The position numbers and the translations under genes were made by a program. From a virus: a DNA stretch of 45,479 bases. The notes below the pieces were generated by a model, which ran no database searches, was not told the DNA's origin, and worked only from the letters and a program-made list of their open reading frames with translations. The DNA is taken from positions 1-45,479 of IMG/VR virus record IMGVR_UViG_3300045747_000435; one strand, written 5' to 3'. Shown one piece after another: positions 7,499 through 16,550 of this stretch. Numbering within the stretch: the stretch's first letter is position 1; every line of letters starts with the position of its first letter.

Positions 7499-10380
7499 AC
7501 TAATCTCCCCGCACGTTTAGCCATTGCTTGCCGAATGACACCTTCGACTACTTTCGCGTTGGACGCGATAAGCGCGGGCATCATTGATTGAATCTGCGCA
7601 ACCGTCTGCGCAGAGGCGTTGGGTGCGCTGATGGTGATGGGTTGGTTGACGATCACTGCACCGCCCCCGCCGCCTTTGAGGGACACCGGGATACGCTTGC
7701 CGTCTGGCAGCGGCACAAACGCTTCGTTCATGGAACCCTCGCCAAAGAGCGCAAGCTGCGGGCTAGTAGCTACCCCACCAGACGCATAGGCTTTGAGCGG
7801 CATGGGGCCGTCTGAGGTCATCACCCCACCCGTTGCGAAGCCGAATGCGGACTTGATGAATGAAGCTGCGGGGCCGGTTACGCTGGCGCGAACCTGCATA
7901 CGGATGATGTCGGCAATGATCTGGTCGAACAGTTGGCGCGACACATCCTTGCCAGTGGTGGCCCAGGTAACCAGGGCATCTTCCATACCCTTGAACGCGC
8001 TGGTGAACAGGTTCTCGCTGGCCTTGGCGACATTGCTCACATCGTCCAAGTAGTTGTTCAGTGCGCGGCTGGCACCAGACTTCCAATCAGCATCACCTGC
8101 CTTTAACTTGCCGTAGTACTCTTCCCAAGAGGCAATAGCCTTGTCCTGGGCTTCGTTGGCGACCTTCAGCGCGTCAGCGTAATCTTGCGCGTCCTGTGCG
8201 CTGCGCTTGGATTTCAAGTACTTCTGGGACGCGGTGTCCCGTTGTCCTTGGAACTTGTCGATGATCTGGTTCTTGGCCGAGTCTTGGCTATTTTGGGAAG
8301 TGCCCTTGGACTGCGCACCCAGTGTCCTGTCATACCCCAGTTGTAAGGTGTCCAGGTAGTCCTGCGCGGCCTTGCGGGCCTCTTCGTAGGCGTTGGTGAT
8401 CTTACCCAGCCCGGTGGCCTCTTGGATGTCCAGAATCACCCCGGCGGCGGCGGCAGTTGCACGGGCCTTTTGGCGTTGCGCCTGGAGGTCGAATATCTTT
8501 TTCTCTTGGTCCTGCTTCGCAATCTGGCGATCCAGTTCAGTGGCACCAATCAGTTTGCGTTGACGCTCACGATCTATTTCATCGGCCAGGGCGCTATCTT
8601 CTGCGTCGGCAGTGAGTTGCAGGAACATGCGCTTGGAGTCGTAGTAATCCTTTTCGGTGATCACACCAGCACTGCGCAAACCCTCAAGAATCTTTTCCCC
8701 GTTGCTGTACGCGGATGCTTGCGCTTCATAGGCTTTCTTGATCTTTTCCTCATCGAAGGACGCCTTGGCTTTGTCGAGTTGCTCGCGCTTTGCCATCTCA
8801 CCCGTGTCGGTGTACTTCTTGATGATCCCGGCTCGCAGTTCACCGTAGTCCTTGGTGGATATTCCCCCGGGAACCCCGACCAGACCTTTGTACTTGTTCT
8901 CAGCAGAAAGTAGTTCTTTGCGCTGTTGGAGTTCCTTGCTCAGATACTGGTCATGGTCCTTGTCGAACTGCGCCTTCAGATCAACCTGTTTCGCATCTGC
9001 GGTGTCGTAGCCCGCCATTTGCTTGCGCAGGTCCACCAGCGTCTGCAACGCGGCCATCTGCGCCTTGATGGCATCTGCTTTCGCTGGGCTGGAAAACACG
9101 GTGCCGTGACCGTCAGCGGACTTGACCTTCAGAGACTCCAGACTGTCCTTTAAGGCTTGCAGTTTTGTCTCTGGGGTGGTTTCCCTGCCGATATTCAGCA
9201 CGCTGTCCCACATGTTCTTGAACCAGGTGCCCACGTCCCGGGTAGCCGACTCTAGAGTTCCGAGGTTGGCTTTCAGGTTGTCCATGCCGTGGTTGGACGC
9301 ATCTGCAAATGCCTTCTGCGCCAAGGCCGCTGCCTGCGCAGACTTACCTTGCTCATCGAGGGCTTTGATCTGGTTGTACACCTCAAGCGTGAGGTAGTGC
9401 ATCGTGCTGTTGAGTTTCAGGCTGGCCCCAACCGGGTCTTTGCCCAACTCAACAAATTGCTTAACGGTATCGGCAACAGCAACACCCGTTTCACGTTGGA
9501 TGCGTATCGCTGCCGCTGCCATCTTTTCAAGTTGGTCGCCGCTCAGTTGGCCCGACCCCGCAAGTGCTGCCAACGCTTCCGCTGCCGCGCCTTTGGTGGA
9601 CCCTGTGACCTGGGACACGCGCATCGCCATCGCGGCCAACGCGCCAGAGGTCTGCCCAGCATAATCATTGGTCTGCACCAGGGCTTTATTGAACTCCTCC
9701 GCTTCCTTGCGACCCGCCAGGAATGCGTAGCCCAGTGTCCCAGCCACGGCCACCGCAATCGTCAAGGGGTTGATCAGGCCGGCGACATAGCCACCAATCG
9801 CGCTGACCGCTGGGCCAATGCCGCCGAACATGTCCTTTAACTGCCCACCCTGTTGGAGAAGCACAGTTAAAGGTTTTTGCCCACCTTGCAGGCCAACAAC
9901 AATGTCGGTCATCTGCGCGGGCACGTTGCGCATCGCAGCGGCCATTGCCTTCTGCGACATCTCGTATTTCTGCATCGTCGGGACTGCGGCCTCGACTGCC
10001 GCTGTCGTTGCCTTTTGCTGCACCTCCATCGCTTTCAGACGCTGAAGTCGCTCTTCCATCCCGGGGGTGATCTCGACGCCACGCTCTTGCGCGAGGGCAC
10101 GTTGAAAATCAGCAGTGCCTTTGGCCCCAGCGGCCATCGCGGCTATTTGTCTTTCAATACCCTGAACCATAGACCGCTGGGCGCGATCCAGGTTCTCGGC
10201 AGCTTTCGCGGGGGCGTCACCCAGCGAGGTCAGAGACTTGTTTGCTTTGCCGCTGGAAGTGACGATCTTGTCGGCCATGCCCTCGACTGCGGCACCCGCA
10301 GTCTGCGCACCCTTCTCGACCTCGGTGACATCCATCGAAACTTTGGCCTGGATGTGGCCCGCGCCTGTTGTGCCCGTCAT
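7495..10380 (-). CDS. Tail tape measure protein (961 aa)
   Basis: Long Ala/Gln/Lys-rich helical protein with a hydrophobic GxxxG-rich segment. Canonical position after the G/G-T chaperones. Confidence 0.9.
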   Translation of the reverse strand: MTGTTGAGHIQAKVSMDVTEVEKGAQTAGAAVEGMADKIVTSSGKANKSLTSLGDAPAKAAENLDRAQRSMVQGIERQIAAMAAGAKGTADFQRALAQERGVEITPGMEERLQRLKAMEVQQKATTAAVEAAVPTMQKYEMSQKAMAAAMRNVPAQMTDIVVGLQGGQKPLTVLLQQGGQLKDMFGGIGPAVSAIGGYVAGLINPLTIAVAVAGTLGYAFLAGRKEAEEFNKALVQTNDYAGQTSGALAAMAMRVSQVTGSTKGAAAEALAALAGSGQLSGDQLEKMAAAAIRIQRETGVAVADTVKQFVELGKDPVGASLKLNSTMHYLTLEVYNQIKALDEQGKSAQAAALAQKAFADASNHGMDNLKANLGTLESATRDVGTWFKNMWDSVLNIGRETTPETKLQALKDSLESLKVKSADGHGTVFSSPAKADAIKAQMAALQTLVDLRKQMAGYDTADAKQVDLKAQFDKDHDQYLSKELQQRKELLSAENKYKGLVGVPGGISTKDYGELRAGIIKKYTDTGEMAKREQLDKAKASFDEEKIKKAYEAQASAYSNGEKILEGLRSAGVITEKDYYDSKRMFLQLTADAEDSALADEIDRERQRKLIGATELDRQIAKQDQEKKIFDLQAQRQKARATAAAAGVILDIQEATGLGKITNAYEEARKAAQDYLDTLQLGYDRTLGAQSKGTSQNSQDSAKNQIIDKFQGQRDTASQKYLKSKRSAQDAQDYADALKVANEAQDKAIASWEEYYGKLKAGDADWKSGASRALNNYLDDVSNVAKASENLFTSAFKGMEDALVTWATTGKDVSRQLFDQIIADIIRMQVRASVTGPAASFIKSAFGFATGGVMTSDGPMPLKAYASGGVATSPQLALFGEGSMNEAFVPLPDGKRIPVSLKGGGGGAVIVNQPITISAPNASAQTVAQIQSMMPALIASNAKVVEGVIRQAMAKRAGRLV

Positions 10381-10381
10381 G

Positions 10382-11007
10382 CTATTCCTTCGCGTTCAAG
10401 ATGCTGATCGCTTCTGCCTCGGCAACGCGCATATCCGCGAACAGGTGGTCGTAGTCCTGCGGCGATAGGTTCATGCGGTCCATGAGGTGAAACATCACGT
10501 TGTAGTCAAGCCCTATGACCCCGCCCATGCCCACTCGCCACTGAGTGCCGAGGTTGCCGAACAGGGTTATAACGGCTTCGTTTTCGGGCCAGATTTCTAT
10601 GACCTCTTCACCGAAGTCCTCGGGCCGCAACCCGGCAGCTAACATCTCGGCTTCGTTGGTTGCCGGGGCGTAAACTGCCTGGACGGCCCGCTTCAGTTTC
10701 CCAGGCGTTTGCTTGTCAGTTCGCGCATGTACGTTGACTGAATCGCTTCAAAAGCACCCAGGTAGTTGTTCAACAACTTGTCAACGTGTTCCACATCGAA
10801 TGGTTCTTCAAGTTCCCATCCAGACGCGATGTCCATGATCGCCTCAACCCATGTGCGTCCTTCAGCTTCCAGCATCGAGAGCAGTTGCTCACGGGTGCGG
10901 CCTTTGAACGTGAATTCAACATCGGCAGTGCCCTCACCTGGGACGGGGATGGCGACGATTGCCGTGAAAGTGGGTTTCGGTGTAAGAGTGAATTTGGTCT
11001 TTGCCAT
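10382..11007 (-). CDS. Tail assembly chaperone G-T fusion made by -1 programmed frameshift at 10696-10702 (T part is DUF1799-like)
   Basis: The -1 frame is open from the slip site through the ATG at 10645 to the stop at 10382. The T part (GLDYNVMFHLMDRMNLSPQDY...) resembles DUF1799. Confidence 0.7.
10693..11007 (-). CDS. Tail assembly chaperone G
   Basis: 104 aa, located between the tail tube and tape measure genes. Ends ...KRLGN* with the slippery heptamer just before the stop. Confidence 0.8.
   Translation of the reverse strand: MAKTKFTLTPKPTFTAIVAIPVPGEGTADVEFTFKGRTREQLLSMLEAEGRTWVEAIMDIASGWELEEPFDVEHVDKLLNNYLGAFEAIQSTYMRELTSKRLGN
10696..10702 (-). promoter_or_regulatory. -1 ribosomal frameshift slippery heptamer G_GGA_AAC
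   Basis: Minus-strand reading is CTG GGA AAC TGA. This is X_XXY_YYZ in the correct phase, immediately 5' of the G stop codon. Confidence 0.75.
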
Positions 11008-11059
11008 GATGATTTTTCGGTGGAATTAAAAAGACCCGACAAGGTGCGACCAAGCGGGT

Positions 11060-11104
11060 ATAAAAACCTGCGGCCCCCGGGATACCCCAGGGCAAAACCG
11101 CAGG
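11060..11104 (-). terminator. Rho-independent terminator after the major tail gene
   Basis: Minus strand has a CCUGCGG...CCGCAGG outer stem enclosing a GC-rich inner stem, then UUUUUA. Lies 13 nt after the stop at 11117. Confidence 0.45.
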
Positions 11105-11116
11105 CGATGGCAACGA

Positions 11117-11761
11117 TTACGTTGTGTAGCGAACCGGGCGACCTTGCAGGGCGCAACCCACCTTCACAGACATCAGGTTGCCCTTGGTCATGGACGGGGT
11201 CTCATCCATCGCAAAGATGCCGTTGTAGAGGATGAACCCGCCTTGTGGCAGCGTGGCCCGCAGTGCGGTAGTGGAGCGGGTCAGCGCGACTGCCTTAACC
11301 GCTTGGTAACCAGCCAGCGAAGGATCGTCAGCGATTTCGATGGTCAGCGACTGTGCGCTGGTGGTCGTTGGGATTTGGTAATCCGAATTGGACTCCAGGA
11401 AGCTGTAGGTCTGATACTGGGGATCGCCACCGCTGGAGGTGCAACCGATGATCTGGCTCACCTGGGTCCAGGTGGTGATCTTGGTGATCGTGCCAGTGCC
11501 GGAACCTGCGGGGTAGCTTGTGGTGCTGGTGCTGTCGAAACCTTCCAGCACAACGGATGTGCCGGTGGGTGTCTTCACACGGAACACACGGTTGTTGGCA
11601 TTGGCCCAGCCCGAGGAGAAGGCAACATAGTCGCCAGCCACCAGGGTGTTGGTAACGGTCAATACCGCTTCCGATGCGTTGGTCGCGGCGGTAACGGTCA
11701 GAGGTGCGGCATATGCGCTGGCGATTGCCAGGACGATACCATTTGGGAGACTAACGCTCAT
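11117..11761 (-). CDS. Major tail (tube) protein
   Basis: 214 aa and Thr/Ser-rich. AGGAG SD. Position between the tail terminator and the chaperones. Confidence 0.75.
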   Translation of the reverse strand: MSVSLPNGIVLAIASAYAAPLTVTAATNASEAVLTVTNTLVAGDYVAFSSGWANANNRVFRVKTPTGTSVVLEGFDSTSTTSYPAGSGTGTITKITTWTQVSQIIGCTSSGGDPQYQTYSFLESNSDYQIPTTTSAQSLTIEIADDPSLAGYQAVKAVALTRSTTALRATLPQGGFILYNGIFAMDETPSMTKGNLMSVKVGCALQGRPVRYTT

Positions 11762-11796
11762 AGGGTACTCCTAAGTTAAAAGCGCCCTATTCGGGC

Positions 11797-11830
11797 AAGA
11801 AAAAAGCCCCGGGGATTTCTCCACGGGGCT
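11797..11830 (-). terminator. Rho-independent terminator between the DUF3168-like gene and the major tail gene
   Basis: Minus strand reads AGCCCCG-(12 nt)-CGGGGCU followed by UUUUUU. Confidence 0.5.
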
Positions 11831-11848
11831 TTGCTGGGGCGGGCAGAT

Positions 11849-12202
11849 TTATCGGTCTGCCCAAATACTGAAATCTTGGATCGCGGCATACACCGGGATG
11901 TCGGCGTCGAAACTTGCGTGCGGTGCGCCGGAGGGTTCCGCTTGGAACACCGTGGTCATGCGCAGCGCGTCCTCGATACTTTGGATCAGCGTGTTGGCCT
12001 CGGCACGGGTGTCGGACCACACGTTGATCTGCATCACCGCATTGCGCTTGTTGGGGATCAAGCGATCAAGATGATTGACCGCTTGCCCGCCGATTTGCTG
12101 ATACGTCACATACGGGCGTGCAGTGGTCGCTGGCGCGAAATCGGGGAATGACCTCGGGCACACGCCTTGCAGTAGCGTGAAGAGTTGGGACTCAAGACTC
12201 AT
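11849..12202 (-). CDS. Tail terminator / tail completion protein (DUF3168-like)
   Basis: 117 aa with the pattern P.....A..PYVTYQ......N..D......V.INVWS. Position before the tail tube gene. Confidence 0.65.
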   Translation of the reverse strand: MSLESQLFTLLQGVCPRSFPDFAPATTARPYVTYQQIGGQAVNHLDRLIPNKRNAVMQINVWSDTRAEANTLIQSIEDALRMTTVFQAEPSGAPHASFDADIPVYAAIQDFSIWADR

Positions 12203-12803
12203 CAGCGGCCTCTTGCATTTTTGTTAAAAGTACTTCTTCCATCGCTGCACGGGCAGCACCTTCTTTTTGTGCAATCGCGGGCCGCACAAACGGGTGCGCG
12301 GCGACTTGCCGAGGTGCGGCGAGTGGCTCCGACTTCACAGTAACCCACTGCCCTTTTTTCGGGCCATCCTTAACGATGAACGTGCGGTAGCGCATCATGT
12401 GCCCGTACTCCACCAGGTGCCCGTGCGGAGCCTTGCGTGCGTTCCAACTGGCGTGGTACTCAGCGACCTTGCCGTCTTCGGAATTGCTCTTGCTGTACAC
12501 CTGATAGATCGAGTCCTTCAGGTTGCCAGTTTTGGCACCCAGAGCGGCCACCTTCAACGGTGCATTCGCGAGGCCCAGGACGTTCATCTTGATCTGGTCG
12601 TAGATCACCTGGATGCCCGCCTGCGCGGCTGGGCGGACAGCGTCACCAGCGGCATCGGAAAGGTTCGCCAACAGTTGGCCGAAACCACTGGTGTCCACCG
12701 AGATGCCCAAGGTGTTCTTTCCCGGGGGAACGTGCTTGCCGTCGCCCCTGACGTAATCGCCCCAGTTGTGCTTCTTGTTCTTTGAACCCTTGGGGCGTGC
12801 CAT
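12192..12803 (-). CDS. HK97 gp10-family neck protein
   Basis: Pattern ...HLVEYGH....PFVRPA... and position after the head closure protein. Confidence 0.65.
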   Translation of the reverse strand: MARPKGSKNKKHNWGDYVRGDGKHVPPGKNTLGISVDTSGFGQLLANLSDAAGDAVRPAAQAGIQVIYDQIKMNVLGLANAPLKVAALGAKTGNLKDSIYQVYSKSNSEDGKVAEYHASWNARKAPHGHLVEYGHMMRYRTFIVKDGPKKGQWVTVKSEPLAAPRQVAAHPFVRPAIAQKEGAARAAMEEVLLTKMQEAADES

Positions 12804-13121
12804 TTAGGTCACCAGTTGGCACACCAGATCGGTGTACTCCTTGCCTTCCATGTCCATCAAGACGGCCTTGATGTCATAGACGTTGGTGCCTACCACTGCA
12901 CGCATCCCGGCGTTGAGTCCTGCACGGTAGCGGATGCGGATGCTGGCCTTCACCGTAGAGATGTCGGCATCGCCCTGGATCGATGAAACACCAGAGAGGT
13001 GCTTGACGTTCGCCCACACTGTCGCCAAATCGGTCCAGGTGAGGTATGACTGACCCACCGCATCCTGTGCGGTCACCGGCTGGCGCAGGGTCACCCGGTT
13101 GTTGAGTTGGCCCGCTCTCAT
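12804..13121 (-). CDS. Head closure / head-tail adaptor protein (SPP1 gp16-like)
   Basis: 105 aa. Begins MRAGQLNNRVTLRQP and carries ...VWANV... and ...YDIKAV..., typical of that family. Confidence 0.75.
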   Translation of the reverse strand: MRAGQLNNRVTLRQPVTAQDAVGQSYLTWTDLATVWANVKHLSGVSSIQGDADISTVKASIRIRYRAGLNAGMRAVVGTNVYDIKAVLMDMEGKEYTDLVCQLVT

Positions 13122-13693
13122 GCTGTTGTTATCGTGTAGCGATCCAGAAGACGGTCAACATAGTCCATCTTCATCAGGGTCGCCCGCTCCACCACTGTGG
13201 CTTCGCGGAATTTGTACATGGTGCCCACCTGAATCTTGATCCACGCCTTGATGGGTTCAGGGATCACGGTGGCGTCGGCATAGCCTGCAACGTAGCGCAC
13301 AGACACCGCGTTGATCTGCTCTCGCGTGACGGGCCAATCAGTGTTGTACGCGGGCACAACATAGGCCGAGTTGTCGCCGTCAGCGTTGTCCAGCGAGTAC
13401 AGGTTGCTGGCAAGCGTTTGCAGCACCCCGTTGGTGTCGTAGTACTTCAACGATGTGATCGACTGCACAGGGGAGCGAGTCAGCTCAAACGCTGCGGGAA
13501 AACTGTCCAGCGTCAGTTCCCAGGTCTGGGGCATCAGCACGCGGTTGAGAATCTGCTCCGCTTGCTCTGTAGCCGCGACGATATACGCTGTGATCAGCGC
13601 TTCATCGTCAGCGGCGTCCACCTTGCAGTGCAGCTTTGCTTCGGCCAGGCTCACCGGGGTGGTGGTTGCCGCAGTGATGAGTTTGATTGCCAT
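13118..13693 (-). CDS. Head-tail connector protein (gp6-like)
   Basis: N-terminal ...VSLAEAKLHCKVD..DDEALITAYIVAATEQAEQILNR is typical of the Phage_connect_1-like family. Confidence 0.75.
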   Translation of the reverse strand: MAIKLITAATTTPVSLAEAKLHCKVDAADDEALITAYIVAATEQAEQILNRVLMPQTWELTLDSFPAAFELTRSPVQSITSLKYYDTNGVLQTLASNLYSLDNADGDNSAYVVPAYNTDWPVTREQINAVSVRYVAGYADATVIPEPIKAWIKIQVGTMYKFREATVVERATLMKMDYVDRLLDRYTITTA

Positions 13694-14943
13694 TATCTTG
13701 AAATCCTTGCGGACCCTGTTCTTGCTGATCGCGTTCCGCCTGTATGCGCAAACCGCGAACTGCTTGATTCACTCCTACCCGCATACATCGCACCGGGGAT
13801 GACAGCGAAGCCTGTTGTCAAAGTACCCAATCCCGAGGTGCTAACACCCTGAGATGCGGCCATCAAAATCTTGGTGGTCAACTGGGCCGCTGATATGCAC
13901 TTGGCGGCATTGCCCGCCGCCCAGGCCGATGACCCTGCGGTCAGACTTGCCGATGACCCTGTAGTGGCCGCAACGCTCGATGAGAGTCGAATCGTTGTAA
14001 GCAGCGCGGCAGTCTGCGCGGCAGATACCGATTGGCTTGCGGCCATGCCCACCGAGGTGGTGAGTGCCGCGCTGGACGCCGGGGAAGCAGTGCTGCTTGC
14101 CACCAGGGCCGCAGACGCCGCGCCAGCACTCAGCGATGCGCTGGTGGATGTCACCGCGCTGTTGCTGGCCGCTGGCCGAATTGCTGTTGTCAACGCCGCA
14201 GTGGAGCCTGGTGCTGCCGTCGCGGATGCCGATAGGCCAGACCCCAGAGCGGTGAGTCCTGCCGTCGCGCTGGTAACCGCGTTCGCACTCGCTGCCAACG
14301 TGACTGCGGTGGTCATTGCCGCAGTAGCGGTGGTGACTGCCGTCACGCTGGCGGCTGGGCGGATAGCTGTTGTCAGCGATGCAGTGCTGGACGTTGCCCC
14401 TACGCTCGACGCCACCAATACCGCGCCAGCACCGTTTGCGGTGAGCGATGCGCTGGTTGATGTGGCCGCAGAGTTGCTGGCTGCAACCGGGATCGCCGTC
14501 GATAGCGCGGCAGTCCAGGAACTTGTCGCGGCCACCGATGCTGCAAGACCGGCACCGTTGGCCGTCAGAGAGGCCGCAGATGCGGTCACCGCAGAGTTTG
14601 ATGCAACGACACCAACTGCCGTCGATAGGCCCGCTATGGATGCTGTGGACGCGCTGTTGCTGGCCGATACCCAGATTGCTGTTGCGATTGATGCGCTGGC
14701 CGCTGTTATCGCGCTGTTGGACGCCGCGAGTGCAGCACCTACACCGTTTGCCGTCAGCGATGCGCTGGCCGCTGTTACCGCGCTGTTGGACGCCGAGAGC
14801 GCGGCACTGGTTGCAGCCGCACTCAGGTTCGCAGTCGATAATGTCGTTGCCGCGTTGGCCGCGACCAGGGCCGCGCTAGTCGCTGCTGTGCTTGCGGGTA
14901 GCGCACCTAACGGCAGTCCTGATAGTGCGCCAAAGCCGAGCAT
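13693..14943 (-). CDS. Ala/Ser/Thr-rich low-complexity repeat protein (416 aa), putative virion fibre/decoration component
   Basis: AAGGGG SD 7 nt before ATG 14943. Its stop overlaps the next gene's start (TAATG at 13691-13695). Repeated ASNSAVTAASASLTANG-type motifs. No charged residue in the first 194 aa. Confidence 0.6.
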   Translation of the reverse strand: MLGFGALSGLPLGALPASTAATSAALVAANAATTLSTANLSAAATSAALSASNSAVTAASASLTANGVGAALAASNSAITAASASIATAIWVSASNSASTASIAGLSTAVGVVASNSAVTASAASLTANGAGLAASVAATSSWTAALSTAIPVAASNSAATSTSASLTANGAGAVLVASSVGATSSTASLTTAIRPAASVTAVTTATAAMTTAVTLAASANAVTSATAGLTALGSGLSASATAAPGSTAALTTAIRPAASNSAVTSTSASLSAGAASAALVASSTASPASSAALTTSVGMAASQSVSAAQTAALLTTIRLSSSVAATTGSSASLTAGSSAWAAGNAAKCISAAQLTTKILMAASQGVSTSGLGTLTTGFAVIPGAMYAGRSESSSSRFAHTGGTRSARTGSARISR

Positions 14944-14954
14944 GAATTACCCCT

Positions 14955-15848
14955 TTACCAAGCGGTGATGATTACTAAGCCCGCGCCACCTTTTCCGCCT
15001 AGCCCCGCCGTTCCGCCGGTTACTGCGCCACCGCCACCGCCACCGCCAGAGCCATAGCCACCGTCGCCGCCGTTACCGCCGCCGGAAATCGTCGCCACCG
15101 GGAAACCCGACCCGCCGCCGCCGCCGCCATTGCTGTAAATCGGCCCTGTAAAACTGTAATTCCCTGCAAATCCCTTGCCGCCGTTTACGCCCGACGTCCC
15201 GGCTGCCCCTGCGGCGGCCGCTTTTGAAAAGTTGTTCGCGTTGCTCCCCGCGCCACCGGCGAATGCCGCCGCCGCGGACGGGGTCGCGCCTCCGCCTCCG
15301 CCCGTCGGTATTCCGCCTGTGCTGCTCGGTGACCCGCTCGCCCCGACTGCGCCCGCCGCCGCTCCCGCCGCGCCGCCCGCGCCGCCCCCGGCAAAAGCAT
15401 AGATCCCGAGTCCCGATAAACGAGATCCCGCGATAGTGTTGACGCTCCCGGCGGTTACGGCGTTACCGATAGCGGCGTTTGCTATCAAAATAGCCTGCGT
15501 CGAGTCGTTATTGAAATACACCGCGGTACTAATTGCCGCGCCCGCGCCTGACCCTTGCGCCCCGCCTTGGATATATAAAACGTCAGGTAAGGCCCACGCC
15601 GGAATTAATAGGGTCGATTGCCCGCCTGATCCGCCGCCCGCTCCGCCGAGTGCTGTGGTTCCGCCCGTGCCAACCGTTCCCGCTTTACCGTTCCCACCCG
15701 CGCCGATAGCGAGGATAAAAATCATGGAAACCCCGCGAGGTTTAACCCAAATTTGCGCCGGAGAGTTAGCCACGGCGACCGTCACCGTCCCAACAAATTG
15801 TTGGACATCTGCGGGCGTGTATGTAGGGACGTGGAAAGCGTCAAGCAT
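14955..15848 (-). CDS. Glycine-rich domain protein (minor tail/fibre-type Gly-rich domain)
   Basis: IWVKPRGVSMIFILAIGAGGNGKAG...GGAGGGSGG...GGGGGGSG...GGKGGAGLVIITAW resembles the Gly-rich domain of actinophage minor tail proteins. Confidence 0.6.
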   Translation of the reverse strand: MLDAFHVPTYTPADVQQFVGTVTVAVANSPAQIWVKPRGVSMIFILAIGAGGNGKAGTVGTGGTTALGGAGGGSGGQSTLLIPAWALPDVLYIQGGAQGSGAGAAISTAVYFNNDSTQAILIANAAIGNAVTAGSVNTIAGSRLSGLGIYAFAGGGAGGAAGAAAGAVGASGSPSSTGGIPTGGGGGATPSAAAAFAGGAGSNANNFSKAAAAGAAGTSGVNGGKGFAGNYSFTGPIYSNGGGGGGSGFPVATISGGGNGGDGGYGSGGGGGGGAVTGGTAGLGGKGGAGLVIITAW

Positions 15849-15851
15849 GAA

Positions 15852-16076
15852 TCACCCCAATGAGGGAATTTGCGCCGTTGTCAAAACGGGGATGTCGGTG
15901 GTCACTACTACAACCACCTGCTCAGTAGGCAGCGCGGGGGTTGGCGGGACGGATGAATACTCCAGATTGCCTGTCAAAGTAACTCCGTTGGAGTCGATGA
16001 CGTATGTGGCACCAGAGTCATCTGTCACCTGAGTCCCGGCGGAGCCGTCCTTGAAGTAGATTGTCAGATTAATCAT
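15852..16076 (-). CDS. Hypothetical protein (74 aa)
   Basis: Tightly packed in the operon (ATGA-type junction at 16076). No motif recognised. Confidence 0.45.
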   Translation of the reverse strand: MINLTIYFKDGSAGTQVTDDSGATYVIDSNGVTLTGNLEYSSVPPTPALPTEQVVVVVTTDIPVLTTAQIPSLG

Positions 16077-16540
16077 CAGTATTTACCTCCAACAGCAACT
16101 ACGTTCCATCCAGTAGTACCAGCACCAGTTGACGTACCGAATGCCACGCAAATCTTGAAGCCCGGGGGGATTGGCATGTTGATTGGCATCTCCAAGTGCG
16201 AATTCGCTGTGGTCTGCGACACGGTAATCGCCGGGAGTGATATTTCGTTGATAAGGTGGGTGTTCGCAGAGGTGTTGCTCACCAGCGCACCAGAGGTGAT
16301 GGTTGTGGTCGAATCAGCTAGAAATATGCGGCACACAGTCGCAATCACCGTCGAGATGCTCTGGAACAACAGACGCTGGCAATATCCCCCATTGGTGGCA
16401 TCAGCAACCCATATTGGGTATATCGTGCCTGTGCCGTCCTGCGCGGTGTTGGCCGTAGGACCGAGTAGCGTAGTCGCCGCCAGCGTGTCAGTCTGAATGT
16501 CTCCGACACGGGTGTATATGGGGTCACTATTTCCGGGCAT
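16076..16540 (-). CDS. Hypothetical structural-module protein (154 aa)
   Basis: Thr/Ser-rich and beta-like. Located within the insertion block. Confidence 0.5.
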   Translation of the reverse strand: MPGNSDPIYTRVGDIQTDTLAATTLLGPTANTAQDGTGTIYPIWVADATNGGYCQRLLFQSISTVIATVCRIFLADSTTTITSGALVSNTSANTHLINEISLPAITVSQTTANSHLEMPINMPIPPGFKICVAFGTSTGAGTTGWNVVAVGGKY

Positions 16541-16550
16541 TTAATGCTCC

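Noticed and set aside
13871-14968. 365-aa plus-strand ORF antisense to the Ala/Ser/Thr-rich gene
   Set aside because: It is a mirror artefact of GCN-rich codons and has no SD. It runs against a tightly coupled minus-strand operon, and the minus-strand ORF has proper start/stop coupling with its neighbours.
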